A DNA stretch of 64,000 nucleotides from Eledone cirrhosa. Lineage: Eukaryota. This document shows, one piece after another, positions 12,706 to 26,157 of the stretch (position 1 is its first letter; every line of letters begins with the position of its first letter). The position numbers and the translations under genes were made by a program. The DNA lies in NCBI GenBank assembly GCA_964016885.1, contig OZ024742.1, positions 352,470,001 through 352,534,000 of the forward strand, written 5' to 3'. The notes below the pieces were generated by a model that was not told where the DNA came from, did no database searches, and was given only the letters and a program-made list of their open reading frames with translations.

Positions 12706-13845
12706 ATATATATGTATTTATATATCGTTGTTATATAGTAAAGTGTATTAATGGTTGTGTCATACGATCCAATAAACTTGTGTTAGCAATATTAAGTTCT
12801 CCACGCTTTTGTATATCTCCAATTCCATTTATGGAAACAGCTAGTGGATGTAAAACGGAGTATTTGTATCAAAATAAAGATCCGAAGGCATGGTTTAAAT
12901 TTCCAGTCATTTTAATCACGACACATGTTTCAATATGGGATAGATCAATCGAGTGGTTATGATGGATTATCAGTGATATCATCAGGTGAATAATGAAATG
13001 TCTTCAAATCTTTGATATGAGGGAGGAAAAACTAACGATGTTCACTCACTAGAGTTTTGTTTCCCATATGAAGAATCAGCAGCCAACACACGCCAACTGC
13101 TAGCTATCGTCTTCAGTCAGGGTCATAAATCTATCAAGTCTATAACTCCCAATAGCTGTAAAAGAAGCTGGATAGGTCTAATCTCAGCATCAAATCTGTA
13201 GAATTTCGGTCGGCCACAATTAGTGTTAGTGAGTACACACACACTCACACACACCGACGCGAAGTCTGAGAAAAAATATATACACCAACACAGTATGCAC
13301 CGAAATTTAGGTTACAAAATAACAAATGACAACTATTGCAAAAACAAACAAAAAAAGCAAGCAAGAAGAGAAATATTTTGCCAAGAAAAAAAAAGAAAAA
13401 CCTTACTAGTTAAAACATTTAATCTATAATCTAAAGAATTAGATATACATAATTCGAGATCAAAAAGCATATAAACCTCCACACATGTTAAAACTGTTAG
13501 AAATAGACAAATGAAAATGACAAACTGTCTGATAATCAGCTGTCAGTGACTGATTCTCGTTTGTGACATAACATATAGAATTTATCAAATAGAAAAAATA
13601 GAGAAATTATCGAATTATGAAAACATATAAAGTTTATTAACTGAAGGTACCTAGTGCTATGTAATTATATATTTTCTGGGAGCATTTATATGCTGTAAAA
13701 TACTTACATAATTGACGTTTATTATGCAAAACATACAGAAAATTATTTACACATATAACCAGAGAAAATATAGCGACATTTCAATATAAAATATAATTCA
13801 GAAATACCGAAGGCGTTACACTATCCTCATGTTATCGCACTACCT

Positions 13846-13998
13846 TTTGAAAGCGCATGTCTTAGATCGGGGACGCATTGTAAGTTCGGTTATCGAATAG
13901 GCTGATGCGTTGAAACCTTGAGAAAAAACACGTAATTCCACGTTGCTCCAGTTTATTCAGATATAAAAATAAGATATGCAACGTCACTCGTGCCAAGA
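13846..13998 (+). mobile_element. tRNA-derived SINE family 2, degenerate
   Basis: Shared core ccttgagNaagacac...ccacgttgctccagtt also at 14186, 17343 and 49414. Confidence 0.55.
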
Positions 13999-14185
13999 TG
14001 TAGCGGACATTGTCTTTCACTCGGAAAACATTCATGGCGTGAATGTTTCAGCAGATGTGTGGAGCAGCATGTGTGTGTGTGAAGCTCACACCTATGCAGT
14101 TTTAGCTGGCCTTCTCCAAGGTATATTTCGTTGGAGGTGTCTTGGGTGATTTAATGATAGGGACCCTAGTCCTATCATCTCATTT

Positions 14186-14322
14186 CTAAAGCTGAGTAAA
14201 CTGGAACAACGTGGAATAAAGGGTCTTGTTCAAGGAAAGAACACATCACCCTGTCCGAGAATTGAACTCACAACCTCTCGATTGCAAGCCCAATGCTCTA
14301 ACCACTAAGCTATACGCCTCCA
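14186..14322 (-). mobile_element. tRNA-derived SINE family 2
   Basis: Minus strand reads ggaggcgtaTAGCTTAGTGGttagagc (A box)...gtgaGTTCAATTCtc (B box), followed by the family core. Confidence 0.8.
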
Positions 14323-14614
14323 CAAGTAGCATGCAGTCTGCTAATTAGAATTATGAAAATGAATCCTTAACATCAGAATTAGGGATAATTCATGAAGAAA
14401 TAGAATATCTCAGTAGAGTTATATCACAATCATGCCTTGCTAACCAAAAACAACTTCTCACTAAATATCTATATTAAACCTCATTGTCTAACTTCTGAAC
14501 ATTTATATAAATAAAACTTTACAGACATTGGACTAAAGGTAAATCTTATTTAAATGTCAAATTTAATGTCACGTAAAAAGTAAATGTTATTTATTTTGAT
14601 TAATATTGGAATGC

Positions 14615-14665
<51 letters not shown>

Positions 14666-14667
<2 letters not shown>

Positions 14668-14917
14668 AAAAATTATGACTCCGACGGCAGAGCTCAAGCC
14701 GTTTCGAGGGCTATTTGTGGTCGAGAAATAGCCGTCGAAACGGCTTGAGTTCTGCCGTCGGGGTCATACTTTTTTTCCTATTTCCCACTCTACTACCCTA
14801 AGTATTGAGTACTCTGGTGCGTTATGGTCCATTTTGTTCCTTACCAAAATTCCTTTGTTATATATATATATAGGAAAATGTTCAAGACCCCAACGGCAGA
14901 GCTCAAGCCGTTTCGAA
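14666..14917. mobile_element. Fold-back element in (TA)n, Penelope pLTR-like, plus a partial second copy
   Basis: ~51-bp inverted arms (14666-14716 / 14726-14778), 3' extension with TTGAGTACTC, arm repeated at 14873-14916. Confidence 0.65.
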
Positions 14918-15014
14918 AAGAGAGAGAGAAGGGGGATATATACGGAGCAGATTGACTATATACATATATATGGAATATAATGTAGTATATTATATTATAT
15001 TATATATGTATATA

Positions 15015-15178
15015 GACGGTGGATTGGCAGTATCGGTACAGCGTCGGACGCCATGCTTTGACGCATAGAGTTACGGCCCTTACCAATCTGAGTTCAAATA
15101 TGAGGTCGATAAAATAAAGTACCAGTAATACACTGAGTAATTGCTGGCCTTATGCCAAACAGTAGAAACAATTATATT
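15015..15178 (+). mobile_element. tRNA-derived SINE family 1, internally deleted
   Basis: A box TGGCAGTATCGG, B box GAGTTCAAAT, end agaaacaattat. Confidence 0.85.
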
Positions 15179-15183
15179 ATATA

Positions 15184-16133
15184 CTAGCAGTAAAGCCCGG
15201 CGTTGCTCGGGGTCGCTCAGTAGCTGTGTTAAAGTTACAATGTTAAGTTTCTTTCTTGGCTTAAAATCTGTAGTGTCTAATGTGCAGACTTGCATGTGGT
15301 GTTTTTGATTAATATTCCCTCAACCAACAATATGCCTTATGAAGTTAAGAAAACATAACGATAACCCGAATGTTATAACAAAAGAGGATGCTGGGGATAG
15401 AAACTGCACTGGTTATTTATTAACAAAGATCGAAAATGTAAACACTGCAACGCAGAGAAAAACATTAGCGTAACCAAATTATCAGTTATGTCTGTCTGCA
15501 CGCCTATATAACCTCTCTGCACGACTGTCTGTCTGCACGCCTATATCACCTCTCTGGACGACTGTCTGTCTGCAGGCCTATATCACCTCTCTGCACGACT
15601 GTCTGTCTGCACGCGTATATCACCTCTCTGCACGACTGTCTGTCTGCACGACTGTCTGTCTGCACGCCTAACGACGAAATATTTGCTTGTTTTACGTAGT
15701 CTTTAAATAGACTTGTTTTCAAGTAAAAATATTGTTTTAAAATGCTTTGAAATGGAAATGAAGCAAAACGGAAGCTTAGTGTTCGAACTGATGAATTTTG
15801 CAGGTCAATATTTTGCTGGCTCGACAACTAACTGTTCGTGTATTGTGTTAATGTCATTTTAAACGCTGAGAAAGCCAGCGTAATTTTTTACGTAAGACGC
15901 TCAATGTAAACAGAACAAAGGGAAATAACTGATCACTTACGCTCAAAAATCGATACATTATATTCGATTTCGTCAGATAGGGTGTGTCAATTTCAATTTT
16001 TTTTTCCGATGTCTTCGCTAGGGCTCAATGTACAAGTATAGCAATTTCGGTGCAATTCCGTGAGAGATTCTAAGAGGAGTTGTGTGCCAAAAATCGATAG
16101 ACAGACAGACAACCACAGTTTTATATATATAGA
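15184..16133 (-). mobile_element. Non-autonomous Helitron, 950 bp
   Basis: Minus strand: A|TC start, (GTCT)n near the 5' end, subterminal hairpin CCCG-agcaacgc-CGGG, CTAG|T end. Confidence 0.85.
15489..15669. repeat. 37-bp minisatellite inside the Helitron
   Basis: Unit tgtctgtctgcacgcctatatcacctctctgcacgac, 4-5 copies. Confidence 0.9.
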
Positions 16134-16138
16134 TGTAT

Positions 16139-16328
16139 GTGGATTGGCAGTATCGGTAGAGGGTCGGACACCATTCTTTCCACCATATTTACGTCCCTTT
16201 ACGATCTGAGTTCAAATCCCGCCGAGGTTGACTTTGCTTTTCATCCTTATGGGGTCGAGCGAATAATGTACCAGTAATGCACAGGGTAATTGCTGGCCGT
16301 GTGCCTAAAGTAGAAACAATTATATTAT
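16139..16328 (+). mobile_element. tRNA-derived SINE family 1
   Basis: A and B boxes, core gaggttgactttgcttttcatcc. Confidence 0.9.
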
Positions 16329-17342
16329 CTTATATATATATATGTATATATATATATAATATAATATAATATAATATGATATAATATATTATATTCCATA
16401 TAAGCTGGTATTGTTTAGTATGGTGTTTTTCTTTCATTCAAATATACTTTTCCATCCTAATTAGGTTATGATTTGTTTATTTATTGTGTTTCCAACAATT
16501 TCAAAACAAATGAAATTATTGTTAATAGACACATCAATAGATATAAGGAGATTGTTTATCGTAATAACAACACAATTCATTTCGTAGGCAATTTCAATAT
16601 CTTAGCTACGTAACAGAGTAATTTAAAACTACTTTTATTGCGTTTAAATCATAATAATTGTTTATGTCTGCTACAGCAAATACCCCACCATTACAGCAAA
16701 TACTCCCACCATTAAATATAGTCAATCATTTCTAACTTAGGTGCCATTAACTTATGTCACGTTCCGTTGTTTCGTTGTTTTCTTATTTGTATTTTCGATG
16801 AAATAAACTTAGTTTTTCAATCAATGACAATAACTGAAAATATCAAGAGGATGATGAACTCTTACATCAGCCATTTTATATATAGATTATAGCACGGATA
16901 TCCCCATGAATGTTATCTGAAAAAAATAGGCAAAACAGAAAATATGACTAACGGATACTTCGATATATAAAAAGAAGAGAGCCTAACGTTTTATTGAAGC
17001 ATACATCAGTCATTTGATTTAGAGATTAACCCTTGAAATATCACCATCAATGGTTTCTGAAATAGAAGAGGCAAAACGGAAAATATATACAAATGATTAC
17101 TTTATATATACAACGATGGGAGGCTCAGGTTTTCTTATTCAAGCATGGTCTAATGAATTATACGTAATTAGGAAAGTATTTAGTTTTAAACTGTGGCAAT
17201 TATAGAAATGATTACTAACTTTGCATACGTAGCTGAAATTTAAACGAGAAGCTCAGCAAGTCTGGTGATACACGACATACATAAATGTAAAGTTCGGTTA
17301 CGATATAAACATTGAATGTGTTAAAATATATTTATTTACACA

Positions 17343-17505
17343 TTGGTATATCGGCAGTGTAGAGCGTTGAGCTAAAACTCGTGAAGTTGTGAGGTCGATT
17401 CTTTGACCGGGAATTATGTTGTGTGCTTGAGCAAAACACTATTTCACGTTCCTCCAGTTCATTCTATTGTAGAAATAAATTGCGACGTCACTGGTGACAA
17501 GCTGT
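17343..17505 (+). mobile_element. SINE family 2, degenerate
   Basis: gttgtgaggtcgattc...ttgtgtgcttgagcaaaacact...cacgttcctccagttc. Confidence 0.65.
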
Positions 17506-17547
17506 TTCGGCATCCTCATTTGCCCTGGTGTGGAGAGTAGCGATTTA

Positions 17548-17731
17548 AATAATTGTTTCTACTATTGGCACAAGGCCAGCAAACACACCAGTGCATTACT
17601 GGTACTTTGTTTTATCGACCCCGTAAGGATGAGAGGCAAAGTTAACATCGGCGGGATTTGAACTCAGATCGTAAAGGGACGTATCTAGGCTGGAAAGCAT
17701 GTCCGACCCTCTTCCGATACTGCCAATACAC
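17548..17731 (-). mobile_element. SINE family 1
   Basis: Reverse complement of the family 1 consensus. Confidence 0.9.
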
Positions 17732-18514
17732 AACCCTGTTTGTATAATGAGATTTGTATAATGAGCGACTGCTGGTCTTGCACAAACAACCTTTCCTGGA
17801 CTTGTGCCCCGGAGGGTAACTTTCTAGGTACAAATCTAAGTCGTTCTAGAGTGAAGGTGGTCTTTCCCTTTACACCTTTCATAGCTGCATCCGTATCCTT
17901 AAAACCTTATTAACTTTCAAAAGTGAAACTTGAATCAAGATAATTATCAAATGTCATTCGAGATGTAATCATATCCTAATTTAATATGCAATATTCCATG
18001 TTTGGTTTGAAGAAAATATGGAATCTATAGCTGCTGTATTCATAACGTGATATAATGCCTACATCAGCGAGATCTCGTTTAAAATATTACATGGTCTTTG
18101 AGAAAAATGAAACCTAAATCCCATTAGCATTCACCCTTACGTTAATTGATTGCAGAAATACACTTCAATGTTTTGTTTAGACAACTCCAGCCACGAAAGA
18201 TCACCAGATTAAATGTTTTACATAAATTTCATCGGGCATAATTTTTATATCCTTGGACAAGTATTAAATGTATATAACTGACCTCAGTATGATTAAGATA
18301 GCTTATAAATGAACAGTAAAACACTTTCAAATATGGACCGAGCTCCATTTTGTCACATCTAGTTTGACTAAATATCTAACATGAATGTCATATTAAATAA
18401 ATTAATATTTCAAGATATATATATGTTGTAAAATATTCAAGCATTTAACGTGTCCATAATACAGGAATTGTGTAAAAACGTGACCACACTGTTAAGCATT
18501 ATTTTAATATATAG

Positions 18515-18941
18515 GGCGGTGGATTGGCAGTATCGGTAGAGTGTCGTACGCCATGCGTTGCAGCATAGATACGCTCCTTTACTCCTTTATGATCTTTGTT
18601 CAAATCCCGCCGAAGTTAACTTTACCTTTCATCCCTACGGGGTCGATAAAATAATGTACCAGTTACGCACTGGGGTTGATTTAAACCTACTTTCCCCTCA
18701 CACCAAAGCTGGCCTTGTGCCTAAATCAGAAACCATTATTTTAACATATTCATGTGGTGGCTTGGCAGTATCGGTAGCCCGTCGGACGCCATGCTTACAG
18801 CACAGTTGCGTCCCTTTACAGACTGAATTCAAATCCTGCCGAGGTTAACTTTGCCTTTCATCCTTACAGGGTCGATAAAATAAAGTACCAATAATGTACA
18901 GGGTAATTGCTGGCCTTGTGCCAAAACTAGAAACAATTATT
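18515..18941 (+). mobile_element. Two tandem SINE family 1 copies (18515-18740 and 18754-18941)
   Basis: Two A/B-box heads, each ending agaaac(c/a)attattttaacatattcat. Confidence 0.9.
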
Positions 18942-20295
18942 TTAACATATTCATAGACCGGCACGCTTTCGCTGATCTAATTTGTTGAATAACTATAAAA
19001 ACCTTTCATTATAGATGCTGATATAGACTGCCTGCCATCTCAGTACATATGTCTCTTCAAAGTTGCGAATTCCCAATATATCATAGTATTGATGAAGGAG
19101 AATTACGTATTACAATACGGTAGGCTGCGTCCTGGGGCTGCACATTCAGCCATAGTTAAATGATGTTTCCATTATCAAGAATGCTCACTACGTATGCTTT
19201 CGGGAACATGTCGAGCATAGTCCTTATCGGTTTCTCGCTTCTCTATTTTAATGACATTAAATAACGCAGTAAATCATCATTCTCCTATAATTCACAACAG
19301 CTTCTGCTTCACTAAATAGCTCATCTGCTCTACCTATTTATGCTGAATCAATTTTATCTGCATGTTGATGAACGTATGACTAAATTATTTTAAAGACTCT
19401 AGCATGTACAATAGAATCTCAAAAGGCTGCGATGGGTGTTTATAAAGAAGGGCCAGTATTCCTTCACTTCATGCGTTTGTCATTTCAAATCCTGCTTTAA
19501 ATCATTCTATAATTTCCTGATGTTTCACGCTCTTAAAACAGGCAAGTATGAAGAATACTTCCAAATGGATCTTTGATTTTAAATTTCTATATACAATTGA
19601 CGGAAATCATAGATGATGAGATCCAGTAACTGTAGAGAATAAATTGTTGGCCAGCCACTCATGGAAATAATAATAGATTTCTACAGTGGTCTGTTCAATG
19701 AATTTTATCTGTCAGAAATATATTCTATCGCAGTTCAATTGTTAGAATTTTAACGTGACACGTGTTCTTGTTCGTTAATACAGAAGTATGCATATAGGTA
19801 TGTATGTATGTCTTCTGGTTTTATAATTTCACAAAGTTTTACCAATAGAGAGAGAGTCGGTTTCGAACAGAGACACAAGACTCTCTCATTGGAATTTACA
19901 CAACATCATCTAGGTAGATTATGTATGCAAGCATGTGTAGATATGGATGTTATTGTATGTGTGGATGTGTATGTTTTGAGTTGTATGTGTGCATGTGTAT
20001 ATGCAGTTATTAGATGCAACATTTTTGGAATGTTTTACATATTTTTACTGTTCCATTAATGGATTGTACTTGTAATTTCCTAACTAGTTGTGTTCTTTCT
20101 GTTCCTGTGAAGCCTAACTTCTCAAGATTTGTATTGAGGCAGATATACCATACCCCATTGCCCCAATAATCACAGGCATAAATCTGAAGGTCTAATCAGG
20201 GTGGAGTATCTGCAGATTTCTCATCAGTTCTGCATAAATATCGTATGTATGTATGAATGTATGTATGTATGTATGTATGTATGTATGTATGTATG

Positions 20296-23200
20296 TTATC
20301 TCTTTCTCTTAATTTCGAGTATATATTTTTTCACCGGCCACCTTCCTAGTGGCAAGTTTGTAAAAGAAAAGAAATTGTCATCCCTTGAATCGCAAGAATG
20401 TTTTGCAAATTTTGAAGGTGCCTGCTATCGCAGGCATTTGTAGACGATGAATTAGGGAGCTGCGCTTTTTGTCCGCAAATCCACGTTCAGTCATGCTTTG
20501 GTCCAAGCGGGTTGGTATACAACCCGTAGCTCCAATAATGATGGGTATGAAGCTAAAGGTGTATTTTGGATACTGGATGTGTAAACTCCTCATCAATGGT
20601 CCGTAGATGTCCTCCTCCTGTATTTTTCTGACAATTTTACATCAAGTGGGCAGCTGATCTGCACAACAGAACACGTTTTCAGTGTCTGGTCCCAAACAAC
20701 AATACCAGGCCGGTTGTGCTTTAATTTGGTGGCAGCTTTTATTTTCAGGTTCCACCAGTATTCCTTAATGCCATCTGTCTCAATATATTCTTCCTCATTT
20801 GTTGTTAATTTTGTTTTCCGAAGTGCGTTCCAGATGGTTCTAGCTATCCCATCGTGTCTCATGGGGAGGTAGTAGCGAGATGACATTCTTTCGCAGCTGG
20901 CAACAATGTGGCTTACATCCTCGATCTTTGTTTTACATAGCCTACATTTATTGTCAGCTGCTGACCCTCCTCTTTTGTGCAGCAGATATTTAGTAGGGAG
21001 TTATTGTTCTTGTATTGCATAGAGATATCCCTCAAGGTGTGATGTCATAAACTTGTCGGAACCCCATGCCAGGATTTTTAAGTGGTTTATCCCCTCTATT
21101 GTCTGTGTTTTACGTCTCAAGTTTCCATGCACAACTTTTTCTGTAAATTGATCAATTTTTTTATCTTATTTGAACATTGAATAGGATCTTCCGATTTCTC
21201 CTGGTGAGAGATTTATATCAGGCTTTATTCCATATCTCTCCCCCAGATCAGTCGCTATTCTAATGATATTTATTTTTCATGCTCATAAACCTGGGCAAGA
21301 TGGTTGCCAACCTTTTTCCTCTGTTTAAGATGTTGCTTCAGTGTTACTATCTGGGTCGCATATGTTGTTAATATTGATTTTAGATCCCGGACACCTTCCT
21401 TGCGTGAGAAGTATAGCCTATCCACATCACCATTGATGTTAACGTTCCCAGTAACACTGAGAAGTTTGCGAGTTCTAACATCCATCTCACTTAGTTCTTG
21501 CAATGACCAGTTCAGTAGGCCAAATGTTGGCGTCAGAATTGGCACAGCATAAGTATTGTGGGAAATGTATTTGTTGTACGCTGACAGTTCTGATGACCAT
21601 ATTTTCTTTACTCTTCTGAGGTATTCAGTTCTGGTTCTCTCTTTATTTATGGGTCCATCATATCTGACATTCTCATCCTGTCCAATATATCTGTAGTTGT
21701 CACCTGACTGTAGAGGTTGTATTGTCAGGCCGTTCATCTCTAGATTTCTAGAGAAGGGCACAGCTCTTCCACGTTTTACTGCCAAATATGCACACTTGGA
21801 CTCACCAAATTTCATTTTGATGTCGGTTGAAAATTGTGTAATGAGGTCCAATTGTTTCTTGATGTCATTGATATTTGGCCCATACAACTTCAGGTCATCA
21901 GCAAAGAAAAGATGGGAGATTTTTCTGGACCCACTTTTTTGTCCACCTTGTTTCCTGAGTAGGTAAGATAGTGGATTCAGTGAGAGAACGAAGAGTAGCA
22001 CTGACAAGCTATCACCCTGAAAGATGCCCTTCTGGTAATGTATCTTATGAGTCTTTACTTTCTCCTTCTCACCTCTAAGGATCACATTGGTGTAACAGTT
22101 CTTGGTCAGGCGTTCAACAGCAGCTACCAAGGGTTGTGGGACTTTGGCTAATTGTAAAGCTTACTAATCCACCCATGAGGTACACTATCAAATGCTTTTT
22201 GATAGTCCAGCCACACCACATTCATGTTTCTGCGATTCTTTGTTGTTTTTTCCTAAATCATTTTATCAGTTAGTAGGTGATCTATGCAATCCCACACCTC
22301 CCTCTTTCCACCAGCTTTCCCATGTGTTATGATGTTGTTGGTAGCACAGTGATCCTGTAAGAACAGGTTAAGGCACCCAGTATATAATTTATACATGATG
22401 TTTTGGCAGGCTATTGGGCGGTAATTTCTAGCAACGGTGGTTTGGCTATTTTGGGGAATGAGGAGAGTAGTGGCAGTTGATAACCATCTGGGTAGTTCTT
22501 GTGTGCCTTTAATGGTTTCTGTAAAGAGCCGTATGAGATCTTGTCTATAGAAAGTGAAATTCTTCAACCAGTATCCTGTAATGAGGTCTGGGCCTGGCGA
22601 TTTCCTATTTGACATTTTCTGTAGAGCTGTTTCCAGTATTGACCCATCTATGTCATATTGTTTTGTCTGGACATGTTGGCAGTAGTCCTGTTCCAGTTCT
22701 TTTAGCCAATTACTTTGTCTGATGAATCCGTCATCCATTTCCCATACAGATCTCCACTAGCTCTCAACCTGTTCTTTTGAAGGGGTGTCATTTACAGGGA
22801 TTGAGCTTTTGCCACCGAAGCTGCGATAAACTGATTTAGGATCTTTGGCAAACAATATATTTAGCACTTGTCGTTTATGTGCTGTTGACTTATATTTTAG
22901 TATTTATGTTGTAGCTGTGAGTTGTTGTTTCAACTGGTGTAATTTGGAGTTCAACGTTTTAAATTTTGTATCTTCAAATCGTCTCTAACTTTTTTTAGGT
23001 CTTCCTGGTGTCATGTGAAGTTGCTCTCCATGTTGCATTTCATAACGACTGCGATGTGTGAGATACTTCGTCTCAGGGACAAAATGTTGGTTTTTAAATT
23101 TCGCATCCATGCTGGTTCAGGATTTCTGTTTGTATCTTGATTGCGTGGTTTTAGATGTGTGTTATATGATAGCAATGTGACAGCTGAAACATATAACAAA

Positions 23201-24510
23201 ATATTAAGCGTTTCAAATGTCGTTTCTACAACTTTAGATCGTATAGCCTTCAGATAATTGCCAGCTATTTCGTTCACCGCTTCCAATTCCAATTTAGTGG
23301 GTTCTTTACTGACTCTGGTGTTTTATGGTCTGTCACTCACATTAAGGCTGTGTATCTCTTGAAACATATCGTTCCATATCACTTGTAAGGTGTCCACAAG
23401 TTTTGGGTGTTCTGTTTGTTCAGTAGAGTCATGAATTTCAGCCTCGTTGTTGATGTGGTGACAATTACTACTAGAGTTAGCTGAGCTTTCTCGCTGTCTT
23501 CAGTGGAAGTGGGATGGATTTCAGCAAAATTGTTGGTGAGCTGTTCACTGTTAGATTTAGCTGGCCATTCTCTTTGTCTGTCAGTGGAGGTGGAGTGGTT
23601 GTCTACAAGGGCTGTATTTGTAGTATCACTCAATTCCGTTAGATGTATCAATTTACATCTAATGATACGTTTTGCCTGTTCATTTAAATGCTTTGGAGAA
23701 AAGTCTAATTCTGGGTGTTTGGAGTTCCATAAAGTTTTTAGTCTTTACATAAAACCAAACTCTTGGGGTTCAGATTGTTTGTATGCTTCATATAATTCTT
23801 TGTTAAGCTCGTATCTCCACTGTATACAATGGTTGTAGTTGCGATTTGGTCAAAGGAGACTTGTACTTTTTGCCATGATGAGTTTGTCTATTCACTAATA
23901 TTTCGTATTTATTTTTCAAAATAGTCGATGATCTTCTTTAAAAGTTTCGACAAAGTTCTGTCAAAATCAAATTTAACGTTATTCACAGCTTGGGTAATAT
24001 TTCTTTTCAGTTAGTTTTTAATTCTACAACTGTGTTTTAAACGTTGTTCTTCAATCGTTTGAATCGAGAACAAAAAGAACTGTTACTTAGTATATGTGTT
24101 TATGAATGTAATATAATATAACAACGCTGTATTTATATGTTAAAGTTTATGTATCATTCATATAAATAGGTGTTCTACAACTTATTCACAAGATATTCAC
24201 AGTTCAAACACTTATGTTTTTGTTTCTGAATCGAAAACGTTACTTGTATATTTCTTTATAAATGTAATATAACAACTTTGCATTCATATGTTAAAGTGTA
24301 TGTATCGTTCATATATCATAAGTGTATGTATCGTTCATATAAATAGGTGTTTTACAACACACTTACAGTTCAAACACTTATGTAGAATTATTGTATGTAA
24401 TCTTACCGCGTAATGTAGCTCAACTTTTTCCAATATATGGTATGTTGCCTTCATGTAAGCCGTAATTACACACGTCCGATTATCGGACACTGACCACAAC
24501 GGTCGCCATT
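20296..24510 (-). mobile_element. R4/Dong-like RLE non-LTR retrotransposon family C, near full length, degenerate
   Basis: N-terminal WRYELNKELY domain, KSPGPD, NYRPIAC, GIFQGDSLS, FADD, RHD, HNRP, FIPIIIGATG across broken frames (~23878 to 20378); (GTAT)n at 20243-20296 and 24511-24597. Confidence 0.9.
24080..24382. repeat. Imperfect ~150-bp direct duplication in the family C 5' UTR
   Basis: gttactt...aatgtaatataa...gttaaagt..atgtatc..tcatataaataggtgtt..acagttcaaacacttatg occurs twice. Confidence 0.8.
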
Positions 24511-24515
24511 ATATG

Positions 24516-24549
<34 letters not shown>

Positions 24550-25933
24550 TGTATGTATGTATGTATGTATGTATGTATGCATATATGTATGTATGCATGG
24601 AAATTGGGATAACTCCGCAGAGAGTGGGATTGGTTCAGTGCACAGTCTTTCCTCACTTTAAAAAAACATTTTCACGCACAGGCATTGCACGATAGAATTA
24701 ATTAATAATTATTAAGAACGGTATATCGTGCAATTGCCATACTCGATAAGGAGGGGGCAGCCATCATCATCTATGTATGTATTCATGCATGTATGTATGT
24801 TTGTATTTATAGAGATACGGATGAGTCTATGGTCTTCTCTTTTTTTGTATTTTATAAATTTCCAGCAATAGAGAACCGGATTCTTAAATATATAAAAAAA
24901 CCTCTTTCATTTGGATTGAGACATCAATTAGATAAGGTCGTATATACACTGTATGCTGGTATGTGTGTGTCTCAAGCTTTTTCATACGTGGTTCTATACG
25001 CTTTGAGTTATATGTGTATATATACATATGATTCTGTAGCTTTACATGTTTATATTCAGTTCTTAAAGATGGAATCTCTCCCTATCGTTACAGTTCTATT
25101 AATAGACAGTATTTGCAAATACTTAACAAGCTATGCATTTTTCCCTTCAATGAAAACCAGTTTCCATTAATTGTACTGAGGCAGTTAGTTACATATCCAA
25201 GAGTCCGTACTACCCCAGGTTCAGATCCTCAGGTATGAGCTAGCTGGAGTATCAGTAGTTTCCTCAGTAGCTTAGTATAATTGATTTCCTTTTCGCTAAT
25301 CTTTAGCATTATAATGACATCTGCTATGACTTCACAACCTTACCCATTGGATGACAATAATAAATATTGACACGATGGACTTTGGACGTCATGTACTGTA
25401 AAATACATGCCTTAAGTATGTGACAGAATAAAGATCCATTTTCTGATTCTATGTTATTTAAATACACATATAGCCATTACAACTAGAATCTCCTATGCAC
25501 CGTCCGTGTCTATTCTCATTCTTTGAGAATTAATAATTCACATATATACAATAAGTATAACAATGACAAGTTCATGTAGGGCTTACTACAGCACAATTTA
25601 TAGCATGTATTGTATTTTCCTACACATATATCCTCGCAGTAGCACGAAAAGTATGTATGGCTGATCAAAGTTGTAAGAAGATTATATATTTTCAATGGCG
25701 AATAAAGTAACGAAATCCCTTGTTTTGCCCACATGCTAATTAAGCTTTAAAACTTGTAAATGTTTCTATACTCAGCAGATTCTGATTAAGCGTGCAGTGG
25801 CGGAAAGCAGTGTTTACGGATTAGGTCATCGTCTGGTTAATATCTACTAATTTAGGTCTCACATTTCCGCTCAATTCCACCATATTTTAATATTCTATGA
25901 ATTCCTGTAGCATCATTATGTGTTTGAAAATTA

Positions 25934-26157
25934 GGAAGATAGATTGGCAGAATCGGTAGAGCGAGGGATAAAATGGTTTGAAGTATTTAGTTATACCCCT
26001 TTACGTTCACGGTTCAAATTCCGACAAGGTTAGATTTGACTTTCACTCTTATGGAGTCAATAAAATAAAGTACCAGTCATGGACTGGATTCGATTTAATC
26101 GACTTTTACCTCCCCGCAACGTACTGGCCAGGTTCCTATATCAGGAATCACTATTTC
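25934..26157 (+). mobile_element. SINE family 1, diverged
   Basis: gattggcagaatcggtagag...ggttcaaattcc...taaaataaagtaccagt. Confidence 0.75.

Noticed and set aside
13045-13170. Possible minus-strand exon (cttttacag ... gtgagt)
   Set aside because: Splice-like signals only; no recognisable coding frame or partner exons
14240-14322. Possible tRNA gene
   Set aside because: tRNA-like head runs into a repeated SINE body; no proper acceptor stem or terminator
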